Of a stretch of 64,000 bases of DNA, positions 9,492 through 19,855 are shown piece by piece. Location: the NCBI GenBank assembly GCA_032117235.1, contig JAULZW010000012.1, forward strand, positions 3,230 through 67,229, written 5' to 3'. Within the stretch, counting starts at the first letter, position 1. Every line of letters begins with the position of its first letter. This stretch comes from Minisyncoccota bacterium (GTDB lineage Bacteria; Patescibacteriota; Minisyncoccia; SW-4-49-11). A model generated the notes under the pieces. That model saw only the letters and a program-made list of their open reading frames with translations, did not search any database and was not told where the DNA came from. The position numbers were made by a program, and so were the translations under genes.

Positions 9492-11030
9492 TTATTTCTG
9501 TAATGTTATAAATTTACCAAATTTAGTGCCTAGTAGCCACTTTTGATAACCTAATAAAGTAACAAATAATCTACTGACCGTAATAGCGGTAAATAAACTA
9601 ACTACTATACCAATTACTAAAGTTAAACCAAATCCTCTAACCACTCCAGAGGCTAGATAAAATAGAATAAGAGCTGAAATTAAAGTAGTAACCTGAGAGT
9701 CACGAATAGATTCCCATGCTCTTCTAAATCCCTCTTGAGTACTTGCGTCAAAGTCTCTACCACTTTTAAGCTCCTCTTTCATCCTCTCAAAAATAAGAAC
9801 ATTACCATCTACAGCTAGACCGATACTAACTATAAATCCAGTAATACCAGCAATGGTAAGAGTAAATCCAAATAAATTAAATATAGCTAAGACTAAAATT
9901 GAATATATAGCTAAAGCAAATACCGCAACAACTCCTAAAGCCCTATAAAAAACAATCATAAAAATAGCAACTAATAATAGTCCTACAGCTCCAGCTTTTA
10001 TACTCTGATATAAAGACTCTATACCTAAGCTAGCCTCAACGGTTTGTTGAGATGTAATCGTAATTGGTACTGGTAAAGCTCCAGCATTGAGTCCATCTAC
10101 TAATTCTTTAGCTGAGGTAGCTGTAAAGTCTCCAGAAATAGTAGCTTGACCATTTGGAATTTCTTGGTTAATACGAGGAGCACTAATTACATCCCCATCT
10201 AAAAGTATATATAATATTTCTCCAATATTATTTTTGGTAAAGTCAGCAAATCTCTTTTTGCCTTCATCATCAAAACTAACTCCTACTTGTGGCTGTTGAG
10301 TTTGAGGATCAAAAACAACCTCAGCAGTTTTGATATTTTTTCCTGTTAATACAGCTGGCTCTATAAAGTATGGATTTTGAAATTTTTCAAAATTTCCAGT
10401 TTTGAATTGTTCTAATAGTTGCTTAGTTTCTTCAGCAGGACGAGCTTGATAGAAAGTTAAGTTTGGAGTTTGGCCAATTTGTTTAACCGCTTCTTCAGGA
10501 TTTTCAATACCAGCAAGCTCCACTACTAATCTAACAGTATCTCCTTCCTCTAAATATATTCTTGGCTCACTCACTCCAAAACTATCTACTCTCTTAGTAA
10601 CAACTTTTTGTAAACTATCTAAAGCCTGACTTTTATCAGATTCACTTACCTCACTCAAATCAACATCATAAACTACTCTAACACCACCTTGTAAATCTAG
10701 ACCTAGTATAAATGTATTGTCTGGTAATTTAGAGACTTCTCTTTGGGCCAACCATTGATCAAAACCTCTTTGTTTAAAAGGTAATTGTTCCCAATTAGAT
10801 AATTTCTCAATTCTAGAATTCAGATAATCTACAGCTATATTAGCTGGTTTTGCATAAATATAAAATAAAGATGTTATAGATAATAAAACTATTCCTATAG
10901 ATTGCCTTACTATATTCCCTTTTTTAGTCTTACCCTTAATACAATACCAAATAAAATTTAATAATATACTAAATGGCAACCATATTATATTCAACACATT
11001 CTTAGATAGTCTTTTCAGCCAATTCAGCAT
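9492..11030 (-). CDS. secD: Protein translocase subunit SecD
   Basis: LGLDLQGG, GVSEP, AGALPVP, AVDGNVLIFERMKEE. The ATG at 11030 is preferred over the ORF-track start at 11048. Confidence 0.95.
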   Translation of the reverse strand: MLNWLKRLSKNVLNIIWLPFSILLNFIWYCIKGKTKKGNIVRQSIGIVLLSITSLFYIYAKPANIAVDYLNSRIEKLSNWEQLPFKQRGFDQWLAQREVSKLPDNTFILGLDLQGGVRVVYDVDLSEVSESDKSQALDSLQKVVTKRVDSFGVSEPRIYLEEGDTVRLVVELAGIENPEEAVKQIGQTPNLTFYQARPAEETKQLLEQFKTGNFEKFQNPYFIEPAVLTGKNIKTAEVVFDPQTQQPQVGVSFDDEGKKRFADFTKNNIGEILYILLDGDVISAPRINQEIPNGQATISGDFTATSAKELVDGLNAGALPVPITITSQQTVEASLGIESLYQSIKAGAVGLLLVAIFMIVFYRALGVVAVFALAIYSILVLAIFNLFGFTLTIAGITGFIVSIGLAVDGNVLIFERMKEELKSGRDFDASTQEGFRRAWESIRDSQVTTLISALILFYLASGVVRGFGLTLVIGIVVSLFTAITVSRLFVTLLGYQKWLLGTKFGKFITLQK

Positions 11031-11049
11031 AATTTTATAGTTGGTCAAA

Positions 11050-11328
11050 TTACATTCCCATGCCCATCTCAGACGCTACTTCTTTTTGTAAATCTTTTTT
11101 AGCAGATTCGATTGTCTCAATTATAGTTTTTTCTAATCTTGATTTATCCTGCATTAGCTCATCGCTAATTTTTAATTCTTTGATAGCCTGAGTCCCATCC
11201 ATAGTAACAGAAACTCCTTTATAATCTTTAGTAATTCTTTTTTTAGCTAACTTTTTTTGTAGCTTTTGCATCTCAGAAAATTGAGAAAACATTTCTTTTG
11301 CTTGATTAAATCCATCGAACATTCCCAT
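11050..11328 (-). CDS. YbaB/EbfC nucleoid-associated protein
   Basis: 92 aa, MQKLQKKL...VSVTMDG...IKELKIS pattern. Confidence 0.85.
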   Translation of the reverse strand: MGMFDGFNQAKEMFSQFSEMQKLQKKLAKKRITKDYKGVSVTMDGTQAIKELKISDELMQDKSRLEKTIIETIESAKKDLQKEVASEMGMGM

Positions 11329-11472
11329 ATTAATATCTATTAACTATTACTATAGTTGTAATTATAACACAAAATTTTATTTTTGAGAATAGTTTGTATT
11401 TAAATTAATAAATTATAAGAATTCTTTACCTAATTGGCGAGCAACAAAAAACATTCGCATACTTCAGAACTT

Positions 11473-12603
11473 TTACTGCTCCAAAAGTAATTTTTTATAG
11501 ACATTGTAAGTTTGTTTTGCCATATTAGACCAAGTGAATGATTTGGCTCTCTCTAATCCCTTATCTTTATATTCTTTAGCTACCATAGGGTTGTGAACTA
11601 AAGTTGTTATTGCACTTGTAATCCCTTTAAGATCATAGGGATCTAACAAGATCCCAGCACTTCCTACAACTTCAGGTAAACACGAAGAATTGGAACTAAT
11701 AACTGGAGTATTTAAACTCATAGCTTCAATTAAAGGAATACCAAAACCTTCATATAGACTCAAGTAAATAAAAACTTTAGCTTTTTTTAATAACAATATT
11801 TTTTCTTCATCTGTAATAAATCCAACAAATATTACTTTATCTTGTAGACCATATTCTGCAATTACTGTATCAATTTGAGTGTCATAATTATAGCCTTTAC
11901 CACCTGCAATTATAAATTTTAGTTTACTGTCTGAATGAAATTTTAAATATTCAGCAAAAGCCTTAATTGATGTTGGTATATTTTTACGAGGCTGAAGACT
12001 ACCAAGATATAGTATATATTCTTCTTTTAATACCATATTTACCTTTTGAGAGGTGCTAATTACTGTCGGTATATTATTTATATACCCTCCATTATATATA
12101 GTATGTACTCTCTCTAAATCTGTCCCGAAAATATTTTGGATTGCATATTTAGAGTGTTTAGATACTGTTATGATAGCATCTGATTTTTTTATTGACTGTG
12201 GAATCAAAATGTTTAATAAAAATTTATCCAAAAACTTAATATGATGCGGTACAAATTTCCAAGATATATCATGAATAGTATTGAGCATTTTGGTATACTG
12301 AGGCAAACCAAATAAAGGAGCAATATATTGAATATGTAATAAATCTATATGATATTTGTGACAAGCTCTAGGTAGTAAATATTCGGTCCATATTAACTTA
12401 GAGTTTGGCAATAAAGGAATAACTCGCCAATTTTGAGGTAAATCTTTTAAGATCTTGATTTGATACCAATCTTCTGTATCAGTAAATAAATAAAAATTAT
12501 GTCCTACCTCTAATTGGATTAAACCCTTAATTAATTCCAAAGTATAGACTTCATCACCAGTACGTTTTTTACCTATTGCTCTTATATCTATAGCTATATT
12601 CAT
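11473..12603 (-). CDS. Glycosyltransferase family 4 (GT-B)
   Basis: TIHDIS, GSLQPRKN, SLYEGFGIPLIEAMS. Confidence 0.92.
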   Translation of the reverse strand: MNIAIDIRAIGKKRTGDEVYTLELIKGLIQLEVGHNFYLFTDTEDWYQIKILKDLPQNWRVIPLLPNSKLIWTEYLLPRACHKYHIDLLHIQYIAPLFGLPQYTKMLNTIHDISWKFVPHHIKFLDKFLLNILIPQSIKKSDAIITVSKHSKYAIQNIFGTDLERVHTIYNGGYINNIPTVISTSQKVNMVLKEEYILYLGSLQPRKNIPTSIKAFAEYLKFHSDSKLKFIIAGGKGYNYDTQIDTVIAEYGLQDKVIFVGFITDEEKILLLKKAKVFIYLSLYEGFGIPLIEAMSLNTPVISSNSSCLPEVVGSAGILLDPYDLKGITSAITTLVHNPMVAKEYKDKGLERAKSFTWSNMAKQTYNVYKKLLLEQ

Positions 12604-12606
12604 ATC

Positions 12607-14466
12607 TTACTCTTTAAAACCTCTATTCTGATAATACCACTCATATACTTTTTTAGTAATAGGGATAGTGGTTTTAAAACTCTCATCGCCTTCCTCTACA
12701 AGTACAATTATAGATATTTGGGGCTTTTCTGTTGGGCCATAAGAAACAAACCAAGAATTATTTTTAACTCTACCAGTTTGAGCAGTCCCAGTTTTACCAG
12801 CAGTTGAGAAAGGTAAGTCCTTTAGTTGATAAGCTGTCCCATCTGTAATAGTTTGGCGCATTGCTTCTTTTATTATATTATAATTTTCTTCAGCTACTGG
12901 AACTTCTTTTAAAAGATTGTTTTCTTTTACTTCTGAGTCTAATTGATCATCTTTTCTAATTCCTTGATATAAATAAGGTTTATATAATTTACCTTTAGTA
13001 GCAATGGCATTAACACTATTAAGAATTTGTATTGGAGTTGCAAGCATCCCACCTTGTCCAATAGAGGCATTATAGGTGTCTCCCAAAAGCCAAGATTCTT
13101 TTTTTGTTTCCTGTTTCCAAGTAGCATCGGCTACATTACCCTTAACTTCACCAGTTAAATCAATTTGTGTATACGATCCGAAACCATAATATCTATAATA
13201 TTGTGCTAATTTTTCAATTCCCAAACCTTTTTGTTTTGGAGTTCCACCCACAAAAGTGTAATAAAATACATTAACAGAATCAGAAATAGATTTATAAGTA
13301 TTAGAAATACCATGAATTTTCCAATCTGGATATACAAAGGGTTGATCTGGATTATAAGGATTGTCTACTATTAATTTACCAATAGGATCATTAATGGTAG
13401 TATTAGCTGTAATAATACCTTCCTGAAGTAAACCAGTAGCAATCAGTGGTTTCACTGTTGAAGCTGGTGCATATTCTCCACCTATACATCTATTTAGAAG
13501 AGGGTTATCTTTATTTGCTAATAAATTATCATACTCTTCTTGACTAATACCTTTTGTAAATAAATTATTATCAAAACTTGGAAGACTAACCATTGCTAAA
13601 ACCTCACCTCTTTGGGGATCCATAACTATAGCAGCTGCTTTTGTTAAATCTGTCCCAGCCAACACCTCTTGTATACTATCTTGTAATACTTTCTGTAATT
13701 CTGCATCAATAGTTAATTGTATTGAGATACCATTCTGTACTGACTTAATAGGTATTTCGCCATTACGAGGATTTATTATACCATAATCTCCCTTTAATTT
13801 AGTCTCATAAACCTTTTCAATACCCTTTTTACCAATAATATCATCTCTTAAATATCTTGGGTTATTATCTATATCTATATTAGATAATTTACCAGTATAT
13901 CCTATTAAGTGTGAGAAATATTGTGCATCTGGATATCTCCTAATATTAGACCTAGACAATTCAAATCCAGGATATTTATCCTGACTAACTTCAAATGCTA
14001 TGGCTTGTTCCTGAGGAACACTATCTAATAGCACTATTTCTTCTTCCTGACTACTCAAATCTTGATTGAAAGTTTCTTCGTCTAAATTAAAAAATTTTTT
14101 GATATCTTGCACAACTTGAGTCCTTAAATCTTCGTCTTTAGGCAACAATTTAGGTTTAAATATTAAAGAAAACACTACCTCATTATAAGCCAATATAACA
14201 CCATTCCTATCATAGATATTACCTCTTAATGGCTTAATATAATTTTTACTTATAATTCTAGATTGAACTAAATCTTGTTCTTTTGTATTACCAAATTGCA
14301 ATTGAAAAACACGGAACCAGAATAATCCTATGGCAAGTATAATTATAATTCCTAAAAATATAACCCGCTTATAATTATCTAAATCATTAATGTATAGAGC
14401 TGAATTTCCATCTCTATCTAAAAATAAATCTTCTGGAGTAATATCGTTATCAAATAGATTTTTCAT
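12607..14466 (-). CDS. mrdA: Penicillin-binding protein 2
   Basis: RGNIYDRNG, PASTVKP (SxxK), SVN, KTGTAQ; follows mreBCD. Confidence 0.92.
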   Translation of the reverse strand: MKNLFDNDITPEDLFLDRDGNSALYINDLDNYKRVIFLGIIIILAIGLFWFRVFQLQFGNTKEQDLVQSRIISKNYIKPLRGNIYDRNGVILAYNEVVFSLIFKPKLLPKDEDLRTQVVQDIKKFFNLDEETFNQDLSSQEEEIVLLDSVPQEQAIAFEVSQDKYPGFELSRSNIRRYPDAQYFSHLIGYTGKLSNIDIDNNPRYLRDDIIGKKGIEKVYETKLKGDYGIINPRNGEIPIKSVQNGISIQLTIDAELQKVLQDSIQEVLAGTDLTKAAAIVMDPQRGEVLAMVSLPSFDNNLFTKGISQEEYDNLLANKDNPLLNRCIGGEYAPASTVKPLIATGLLQEGIITANTTINDPIGKLIVDNPYNPDQPFVYPDWKIHGISNTYKSISDSVNVFYYTFVGGTPKQKGLGIEKLAQYYRYYGFGSYTQIDLTGEVKGNVADATWKQETKKESWLLGDTYNASIGQGGMLATPIQILNSVNAIATKGKLYKPYLYQGIRKDDQLDSEVKENNLLKEVPVAEENYNIIKEAMRQTITDGTAYQLKDLPFSTAGKTGTAQTGRVKNNSWFVSYGPTEKPQISIIVLVEEGDESFKTTIPITKKVYEWYYQNRGFKE

Positions 14467-14878
14467 ATACTTTTAATTTTTCAGCCATATAAAGTACTAT
14501 ACCTATCCCAATCCCATTTACTGATGTATATATCCCCCAATTAATATAATCTATATTAAATTTATTCAGTATTAAGTGAGAAAATGATAAAAATATAGTA
14601 GCCATAATGCTCTGTACGGGCCAGCTTTTATCAAGAGTAATACTGCCAATATACACAAATGTACTCCATAGAAAATAATACAAGGCAAATTGCCACCACG
14701 GAGTCAAACTAGAGACTTGTAATATTAATACAATTATAATATTCCATATTAATAAAGCCCAATATTGACGATCTAAAATATAAACAATCAGAGTTCCTAG
14801 AAAAAACAATGGGAAAAATATACTAGGTATTATAATATGTAAAAATATGCCGAGTAATAATATTAAACTCAATACCAT
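14450..14878 (-). CDS. mreD: MreD-like membrane protein
   Basis: Hydrophobic 142-aa protein located between mreC and mrdA; positional call. Confidence 0.6.
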   Translation of the reverse strand: MVLSLILLLGIFLHIIIPSIFFPLFFLGTLIVYILDRQYWALLIWNIIIVLILQVSSLTPWWQFALYYFLWSTFVYIGSITLDKSWPVQSIMATIFLSFSHLILNKFNIDYINWGIYTSVNGIGIGIVLYMAEKLKVYEKSI

Positions 14879-14881
14879 AAC

Positions 14882-15610
14882 TTAAGTTTTTAAAATAAAT
14901 ACTTCGGAAAGTTGATAGAAATTAATAGGATAATTAACTATAATTTTATGGAATAAATCCCCTTCTGATACTGACTTCACTTTACCAATTTTTAAGCCGG
15001 CCGGAATGGTATCTGTAGCGGTAGTAATAATATTATTTTCTTGATTGACTGATTCTAATTTAGAAATTGAATCAACTTCAAGAGAAGTTCCGAAATTAGA
15101 TTTCAAAATACCTTGAGAAGAGTTTGCATTTTGTATAGATACTGATATTTTAATATCAGCATCATTCAAAAATTGTATTTTACTTGAATATGCAGAGACC
15201 TCCTTAACAATACCGACTAAATGACCTAAGTAAATTACTGGCTGACTTACTTTTACCCCCTCATTCTCACCAACGCCTACCAAAGCTGAGCTACGGGTAA
15301 AATTATTATCGAAAGTAATGATTTTAGCCTGAATTGGAGTAATACCAATTTCATTTTTAGTTTCAATCGCACTTTTTAGTAATTCATTTTCAGACTTCAA
15401 ATACAAAAGACTTGCTACCTCCGCTTCTAGTGCAATAACTCTAGATTGTAGCTGTTCTTGTGATAACTGATTATTTGTCTCTAACATATCTCCCAATGCA
15501 ACTAGTGGTAATTTACTCAGCATTTTACTAATAAACCCAGATAAGACTAGAGTTAATATCACAATCAAAGATATACTAGCTATAATAATAGATTTATATT
15601 GTTTTATCAT
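14882..15610 (-). CDS. mreC: Rod shape-determining protein MreC
   Basis: TM, coiled coil ending ENELLK, LVGIVKEV, IPAGLKIGKV. Confidence 0.9.
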   Translation of the reverse strand: MIKQYKSIIIASISLIVILTLVLSGFISKMLSKLPLVALGDMLETNNQLSQEQLQSRVIALEAEVASLLYLKSENELLKSAIETKNEIGITPIQAKIITFDNNFTRSSALVGVGENEGVKVSQPVIYLGHLVGIVKEVSAYSSKIQFLNDADIKISVSIQNANSSQGILKSNFGTSLEVDSISKLESVNQENNIITTATDTIPAGLKIGKVKSVSEGDLFHKIIVNYPINFYQLSEVFILKT

Positions 15611-15612
15611 AT

Positions 15613-16704
15613 CTATAAATTAGGTCTTTTACCTATATCTAGGGGAATTAATAATTCCTTAAGAGAATCCAAATCTTCCAGAACCATACCTGTTCCCCTG
15701 ACTACTACAGTCAAAGGATCAGAGGCAATCAAAGTGGGTACTCTAGTAGTATTCGTAATCAGAACATCTAAACATTTTAATAGAGCTCCACCTCCTGCAA
15801 GAATTATCCCTCTCTCCATAATATCACCAATCAATTCGGGAGGAGTCTCCTCAATTGAAGTCTTGACCGCACTAGCAATTTGCATAATAGAATTAGCCAT
15901 AGCCTTTCTAATATCAGTGTCATTCACTACAACTTCTTTTGGGAGTCCAGAAATAATGTCTCTACCTTTAACTCCCATTTCCATAGGCTCACTTAAAGCA
16001 TAGGCAGAACCAATATTAATCTTAACACTTTCAGCCGTTCTCTCTCCAATGGCTAATTTATAATGTGTACGGATATACCTAATAATATCAGTGTTTAATT
16101 TATCCCCAGCCACTCTAAGGCTTTTAGAAATTACTACACCGCCCAAAGACATTACAGCTATCTCAGTAGTTCCTCCTCCTATATCTACAATAATACTACC
16201 AGTAGCTTCTTGAATTGGAAGTCTAGCCCCAATGGCTGCCGCGATTGGCTCTTCAATCAAATATACCTCTCTTGCTCCAGCGTTACGAGTTGCATCATAT
16301 ACCGCTCTTTTTTCTACTTCTGTAACTCCAGAGGGGATACCAACTACTACTCTAGTTTTCCAATGATGTAAAAACCCCCGCTTAGTAACTTTATTTAGAA
16401 AATATTTTAGCATATGTTCAGTTATCTCAAAGTCTGAGACAACACCATTAACCAAAGGCCTAGTAGCTACAATATGGGCAGGAGTTCTACCAACCATAGT
16501 TTTAGCATCTTGACCAATAGCAAGAACTTGTCCACTTTTTTTATTCACCGCCACTACGGATGGTTCATTTATAACAATTCCTCTATTTTTTACATAGACT
16601 AAAGTATTAGCTGTACCAAGATCAATGCCAATATCTTGCCCAAATGAACCTAATAAATTAGATAATAATTTTCCCTTAGATTTTACTTGCCTACTACTTT
16701 TCAT
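15613..16704 (-). CDS. mreB: Rod shape-determining protein MreB
   Basis: DIGIDLGTANT, EPSVVA, DIGGGTTE, LAGGGALL. Start moved to the ATG at 16704 to avoid overlap with dut. Confidence 0.96.
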   Translation of the reverse strand: MKSSRQVKSKGKLLSNLLGSFGQDIGIDLGTANTLVYVKNRGIVINEPSVVAVNKKSGQVLAIGQDAKTMVGRTPAHIVATRPLVNGVVSDFEITEHMLKYFLNKVTKRGFLHHWKTRVVVGIPSGVTEVEKRAVYDATRNAGAREVYLIEEPIAAAIGARLPIQEATGSIIVDIGGGTTEIAVMSLGGVVISKSLRVAGDKLNTDIIRYIRTHYKLAIGERTAESVKINIGSAYALSEPMEMGVKGRDIISGLPKEVVVNDTDIRKAMANSIMQIASAVKTSIEETPPELIGDIMERGIILAGGGALLKCLDVLITNTTRVPTLIASDPLTVVVRGTGMVLEDLDSLKELLIPLDIGKRPNL

Positions 16705-16756
16705 ATATATTCTATTGTATATGAAATTCAAAATTCTGTAAACAGTTTTATATACA

Positions 16757-17182
16757 CTAAAATTTTCCTGTACTTCCAAATCCTCCAGAACCTCTAATTC
16801 CGTCACTGACTTCATCTACAAATTCAATCTCACAATGCTCTACTTTTTGAATTAGAAGTTGAATAAATTTAGACCCTTTTTCTAAAACAACAACTTCATC
16901 AGATAAATTAATTAGAATAACTTTCATTTCACCAGTATATCCACTATCAATAACCCCTCCCAAACTTTTTAACCCCTTTTGCATAGCTACACTACTTTTG
17001 TCCCAAAATAAAGCTACATATCCAGTGGGCAAATCTATAGCCAAGCCAGTAGGGATAATAACTTTTTCTCTCGGGTGTATAATAGTTTTTTCTAAAGTAT
17101 ATAAATCCATTCCAGCGTCTGTAGAGTGAGCATAGCTGGGTAATTTTGAGTCCTTATTAAGTTTTTTGAATCTTATTTTCAT
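16757..17182 (-). CDS. dut: dUTP diphosphatase
   Basis: AGMDL, KSS, GGVIDSGYTGE, RGSGGFGSTG. Confidence 0.95.
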   Translation of the reverse strand: MKIRFKKLNKDSKLPSYAHSTDAGMDLYTLEKTIIHPREKVIIPTGLAIDLPTGYVALFWDKSSVAMQKGLKSLGGVIDSGYTGEMKVILINLSDEVVVLEKGSKFIQLLIQKVEHCEIEFVDEVSDGIRGSGGFGSTGKF

Positions 17183-17189
17183 CCAATTT

Positions 17190-17198
17190 ATTATAGCA
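17190..17198 (-). promoter_or_regulatory. Extended -10 promoter (TGCTATAAT) for dut, probably leaderless
   Basis: TGnTATAAT ends 7 nt before the dut ATG; a divergent TGTTATAAT at 17212-17220 serves the EVE operon. Confidence 0.6.
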
Positions 17199-17242
17199 TA
17201 TTATGATGTTATGTTATAATAAATAAACTTAAATCTAAATTT

Positions 17243-17683
17243 ATGCCGAATATATTTTTAGCAAAAACTGAACCATCAACATTTTCTATAGATGATTTTG
17301 AAAAAGAAAACATTACTCTTTGGGATGGTGTACATAGTTATCAAGCAATTAATATAATCAAGACTTGGCAAGTTGGAGACTATGTTTTAATCTATCATTC
17401 AGTCAAAGATAAATGTTTAGTTGGTTTATCTAAGGCAATAGAAGAACCATATCATAACTTAGCTGATTCTAGATTTAGTTGGGCTTCAAAATTAAAATTT
17501 ATATATAAATTTAAGCCAAATGAAAGAATAAGCTTAGCTAAAATTAAGCAAAGTAATTTATTTGATAATTTTCTTTTAGTTACTAATAGCCGACTCTCTG
17601 TAATGCCATGCCCCGATAATTTTGTAATTTGGATAAAAGAACAAAATCCTAAATTGAAAGATTTATTAAGTAATAAAATCTAA
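17243..17683 (+). CDS. EVE domain protein
   Basis: FLAKTEPSTFSIDD, WDGVHSYQA, GDYVLIYHS, SRLSVMP. Confidence 0.9.
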   Translation: MPNIFLAKTEPSTFSIDDFEKENITLWDGVHSYQAINIIKTWQVGDYVLIYHSVKDKCLVGLSKAIEEPYHNLADSRFSWASKLKFIYKFKPNERISLAKIKQSNLFDNFLLVTNSRLSVMPCPDNFVIWIKEQNPKLKDLLSNKI

Positions 17684-17696
17684 AAAACAATAAAGT

Positions 17697-18440
17697 ATGC
17701 AGGATATTGAGCATAATATTATCTACGAATTAAATATATATTCTACAGATTTTAGCGATAAACTGATATCAATTTTGTCTAATTCAAAAATAAATAAAAT
17801 ATCCATAACTAATAAAAAACATAATACTCCTATATTAGAAATTATAAAAAAAATCAAAGATATAAATCCTAAATTAGAAATCATACCCTACTATTCCTTG
17901 AAATATAATCAACAATCTTCCACACAAGAGACTGCTTTAGCTTTTATTGAGAAGCTAAAAGCATATCAAAATCTAGGCATTAAAGAAGTTTTATTAGTAA
18001 GTGGAGTTCCCAAATCGAAATACAATACTATTCAAACTTTAGATGCTTTAAGGACAATCTATACATCAGAGCAATTACCTAAAATTGCTGTTGCTTATAA
18101 TCCTTTTCTAAATGGAATAGAGTTAGAAATGGAAAATACTTCTATTAAGTCTAAACTTCAATCTGGGATAATATCTAGTGTATATCTACAGATAGGAGTA
18201 GACTTAAAAATACTAAGAGAATCTATACAATATTTAATAAAATTACAACCAAAGCTGAGTGTTTGTATTAGTATAATTAATCCTACCCCTACCCGTCTAG
18301 CTCAATTCAATTATAGACCTTGGAAGGGAGTTTATTTACCAAAAGAGTATCTAAAATCCACAACAAATGCTATAAACATTAATCAAGATATTTATCGTTT
18401 AGCACAAGAACTAAATATAAACATTATACAAGGCGATTAA
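17697..18440 (+). CDS. Methylenetetrahydrofolate-reductase-like FAD TIM-barrel protein
   Basis: IIPYYS, GIKEVLLVSG, VAYNPF, KLQSG..VYLQ resemble the MetF/MTHFR fold pattern, but divergent. Confidence 0.55.
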   Translation: MQDIEHNIIYELNIYSTDFSDKLISILSNSKINKISITNKKHNTPILEIIKKIKDINPKLEIIPYYSLKYNQQSSTQETALAFIEKLKAYQNLGIKEVLLVSGVPKSKYNTIQTLDALRTIYTSEQLPKIAVAYNPFLNGIELEMENTSIKSKLQSGIISSVYLQIGVDLKILRESIQYLIKLQPKLSVCISIINPTPTRLAQFNYRPWKGVYLPKEYLKSTTNAININQDIYRLAQELNINIIQGD

Positions 18441-18444
18441 ATTT

Positions 18445-19116
18445 ATGTTACAAGATTTATTATCTGAGCCAAGCTGGAGAAAAGCTCTATATAAAAAATT
18501 ACAAAAAGAATATATCAAAAATTTATATCAATTCATTAGATCGGAATATATAAATAATAATATTTATCCAAGTTGGGATAATATATTACTAGCTCTAAAT
18601 ATATGTCCTATAAGTCAAATCAAGGTTGTAATTATAGGACAGGATCCATATCACAAACACAATCAAGCTACTGGATTGGCCTTTAGTATACCAACTCATT
18701 CTACTATTCCACCATCACTTAATAATATATTCAAGGAAATTGAAAATGATTTAAAAATTATACCAAATCAAAATGGAGATTTATCTCGTTGGACAAAACA
18801 AGGAGTATTATTACTTAATACAACCTTAACCGTAAGAGAGCATAAACCTGCATCACATAGAAATAGAGGATGGGAAATATTTACAGATAATATAATAAAA
18901 ATTATATCTGAAGAAAAAGATCATATAGTTTTTATCCTATGGGGTAAATATGCTCAAACTAAAAAAACTCTAATAAACCAGAATAAACATCTAATTTTAG
19001 AATCAAATCACCCATCACCACTATCCGCATATAGAGGTTTTTGGGGTAATAAACATTTTAGCCAAACAAATGAATATCTAATAAAGCATAAAGTTAAACC
19101 CATAAATTGGATATAA
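18445..19116 (+). CDS. ung: Uracil-DNA glycosylase family 1
   Basis: GQDPYH, GLAFS, PPSL, GVLLLN, HPSPLS. Confidence 0.96.
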   Translation: MLQDLLSEPSWRKALYKKLQKEYIKNLYQFIRSEYINNNIYPSWDNILLALNICPISQIKVVIIGQDPYHKHNQATGLAFSIPTHSTIPPSLNNIFKEIENDLKIIPNQNGDLSRWTKQGVLLLNTTLTVREHKPASHRNRGWEIFTDNIIKIISEEKDHIVFILWGKYAQTKKTLINQNKHLILESNHPSPLSAYRGFWGNKHFSQTNEYLIKHKVKPINWI

Positions 19117-19141
19117 ACAGTAGTGCTAGTTTTTATATTTA

Positions 19142-19762
19142 TTAAATAGATAAGTTTTTAATTTCTTGTAAAATTATTTCTACACCCTCTTCTACAGTTA
19201 AATTATTGGTATTAATTTCAATAGCATCTTCTGCCTTACGCAAAGGAGAATGATCTCTTTCAATATCCTGCCTATCCCTTTTAGAAATTGATTCTAAAAT
19301 ATGTTCATAATTAGCCTCTAAACCATCTTTTTGCATTTGAGAATATCGTCTTTTAGCTCTTATTTCTAGTGAAGCTGTAAAATAAAATTTATAATTAGCA
19401 TCTGGGAACACTACCGTCCCCATATCTCTACCCTCTACGACTATATTTTTATCTTTAGCATAATTTCTTTGAATCTCAACAATTTCAGCACGAATAGAAG
19501 GAATACTAGCAATGTTAGCTACATTATCAGACACATTTTGCTCTCGCAATACATTATAATTAATATTACCATAATCTAATTCTTGAGATAATTTTAATAA
19601 AACATCTGGATCATTGAGATCCAGATGTTTTATTAAAGCATTAAAAGTAATCCAGCGATATAAAGTTCCTGAGTTGAGATTATAATATCCTAATCGTTTG
19701 GCTAATAATTCAGCTGTCGTACTCTTACCAGTTCCTGATGGACCATCTATTGTAATAACCAT
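19142..19762 (-). CDS. cmk: Cytidylate kinase
   Basis: IDGPSGTGKST, EGRDMGTVVFP, RDRQD..R..SPL. Confidence 0.95.
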   Translation of the reverse strand: MVITIDGPSGTGKSTTAELLAKRLGYYNLNSGTLYRWITFNALIKHLDLNDPDVLLKLSQELDYGNINYNVLREQNVSDNVANIASIPSIRAEIVEIQRNYAKDKNIVVEGRDMGTVVFPDANYKFYFTASLEIRAKRRYSQMQKDGLEANYEHILESISKRDRQDIERDHSPLRKAEDAIEINTNNLTVEEGVEIILQEIKNLSI

Positions 19763-19855
19763 ATAATTTTTTCACTTAATCTATATAAAACCTAGAAATT
19801 ATAATATCATAAATTTTATAAGTTGTAAAAAATTAAACCTATATTTCATACATTA

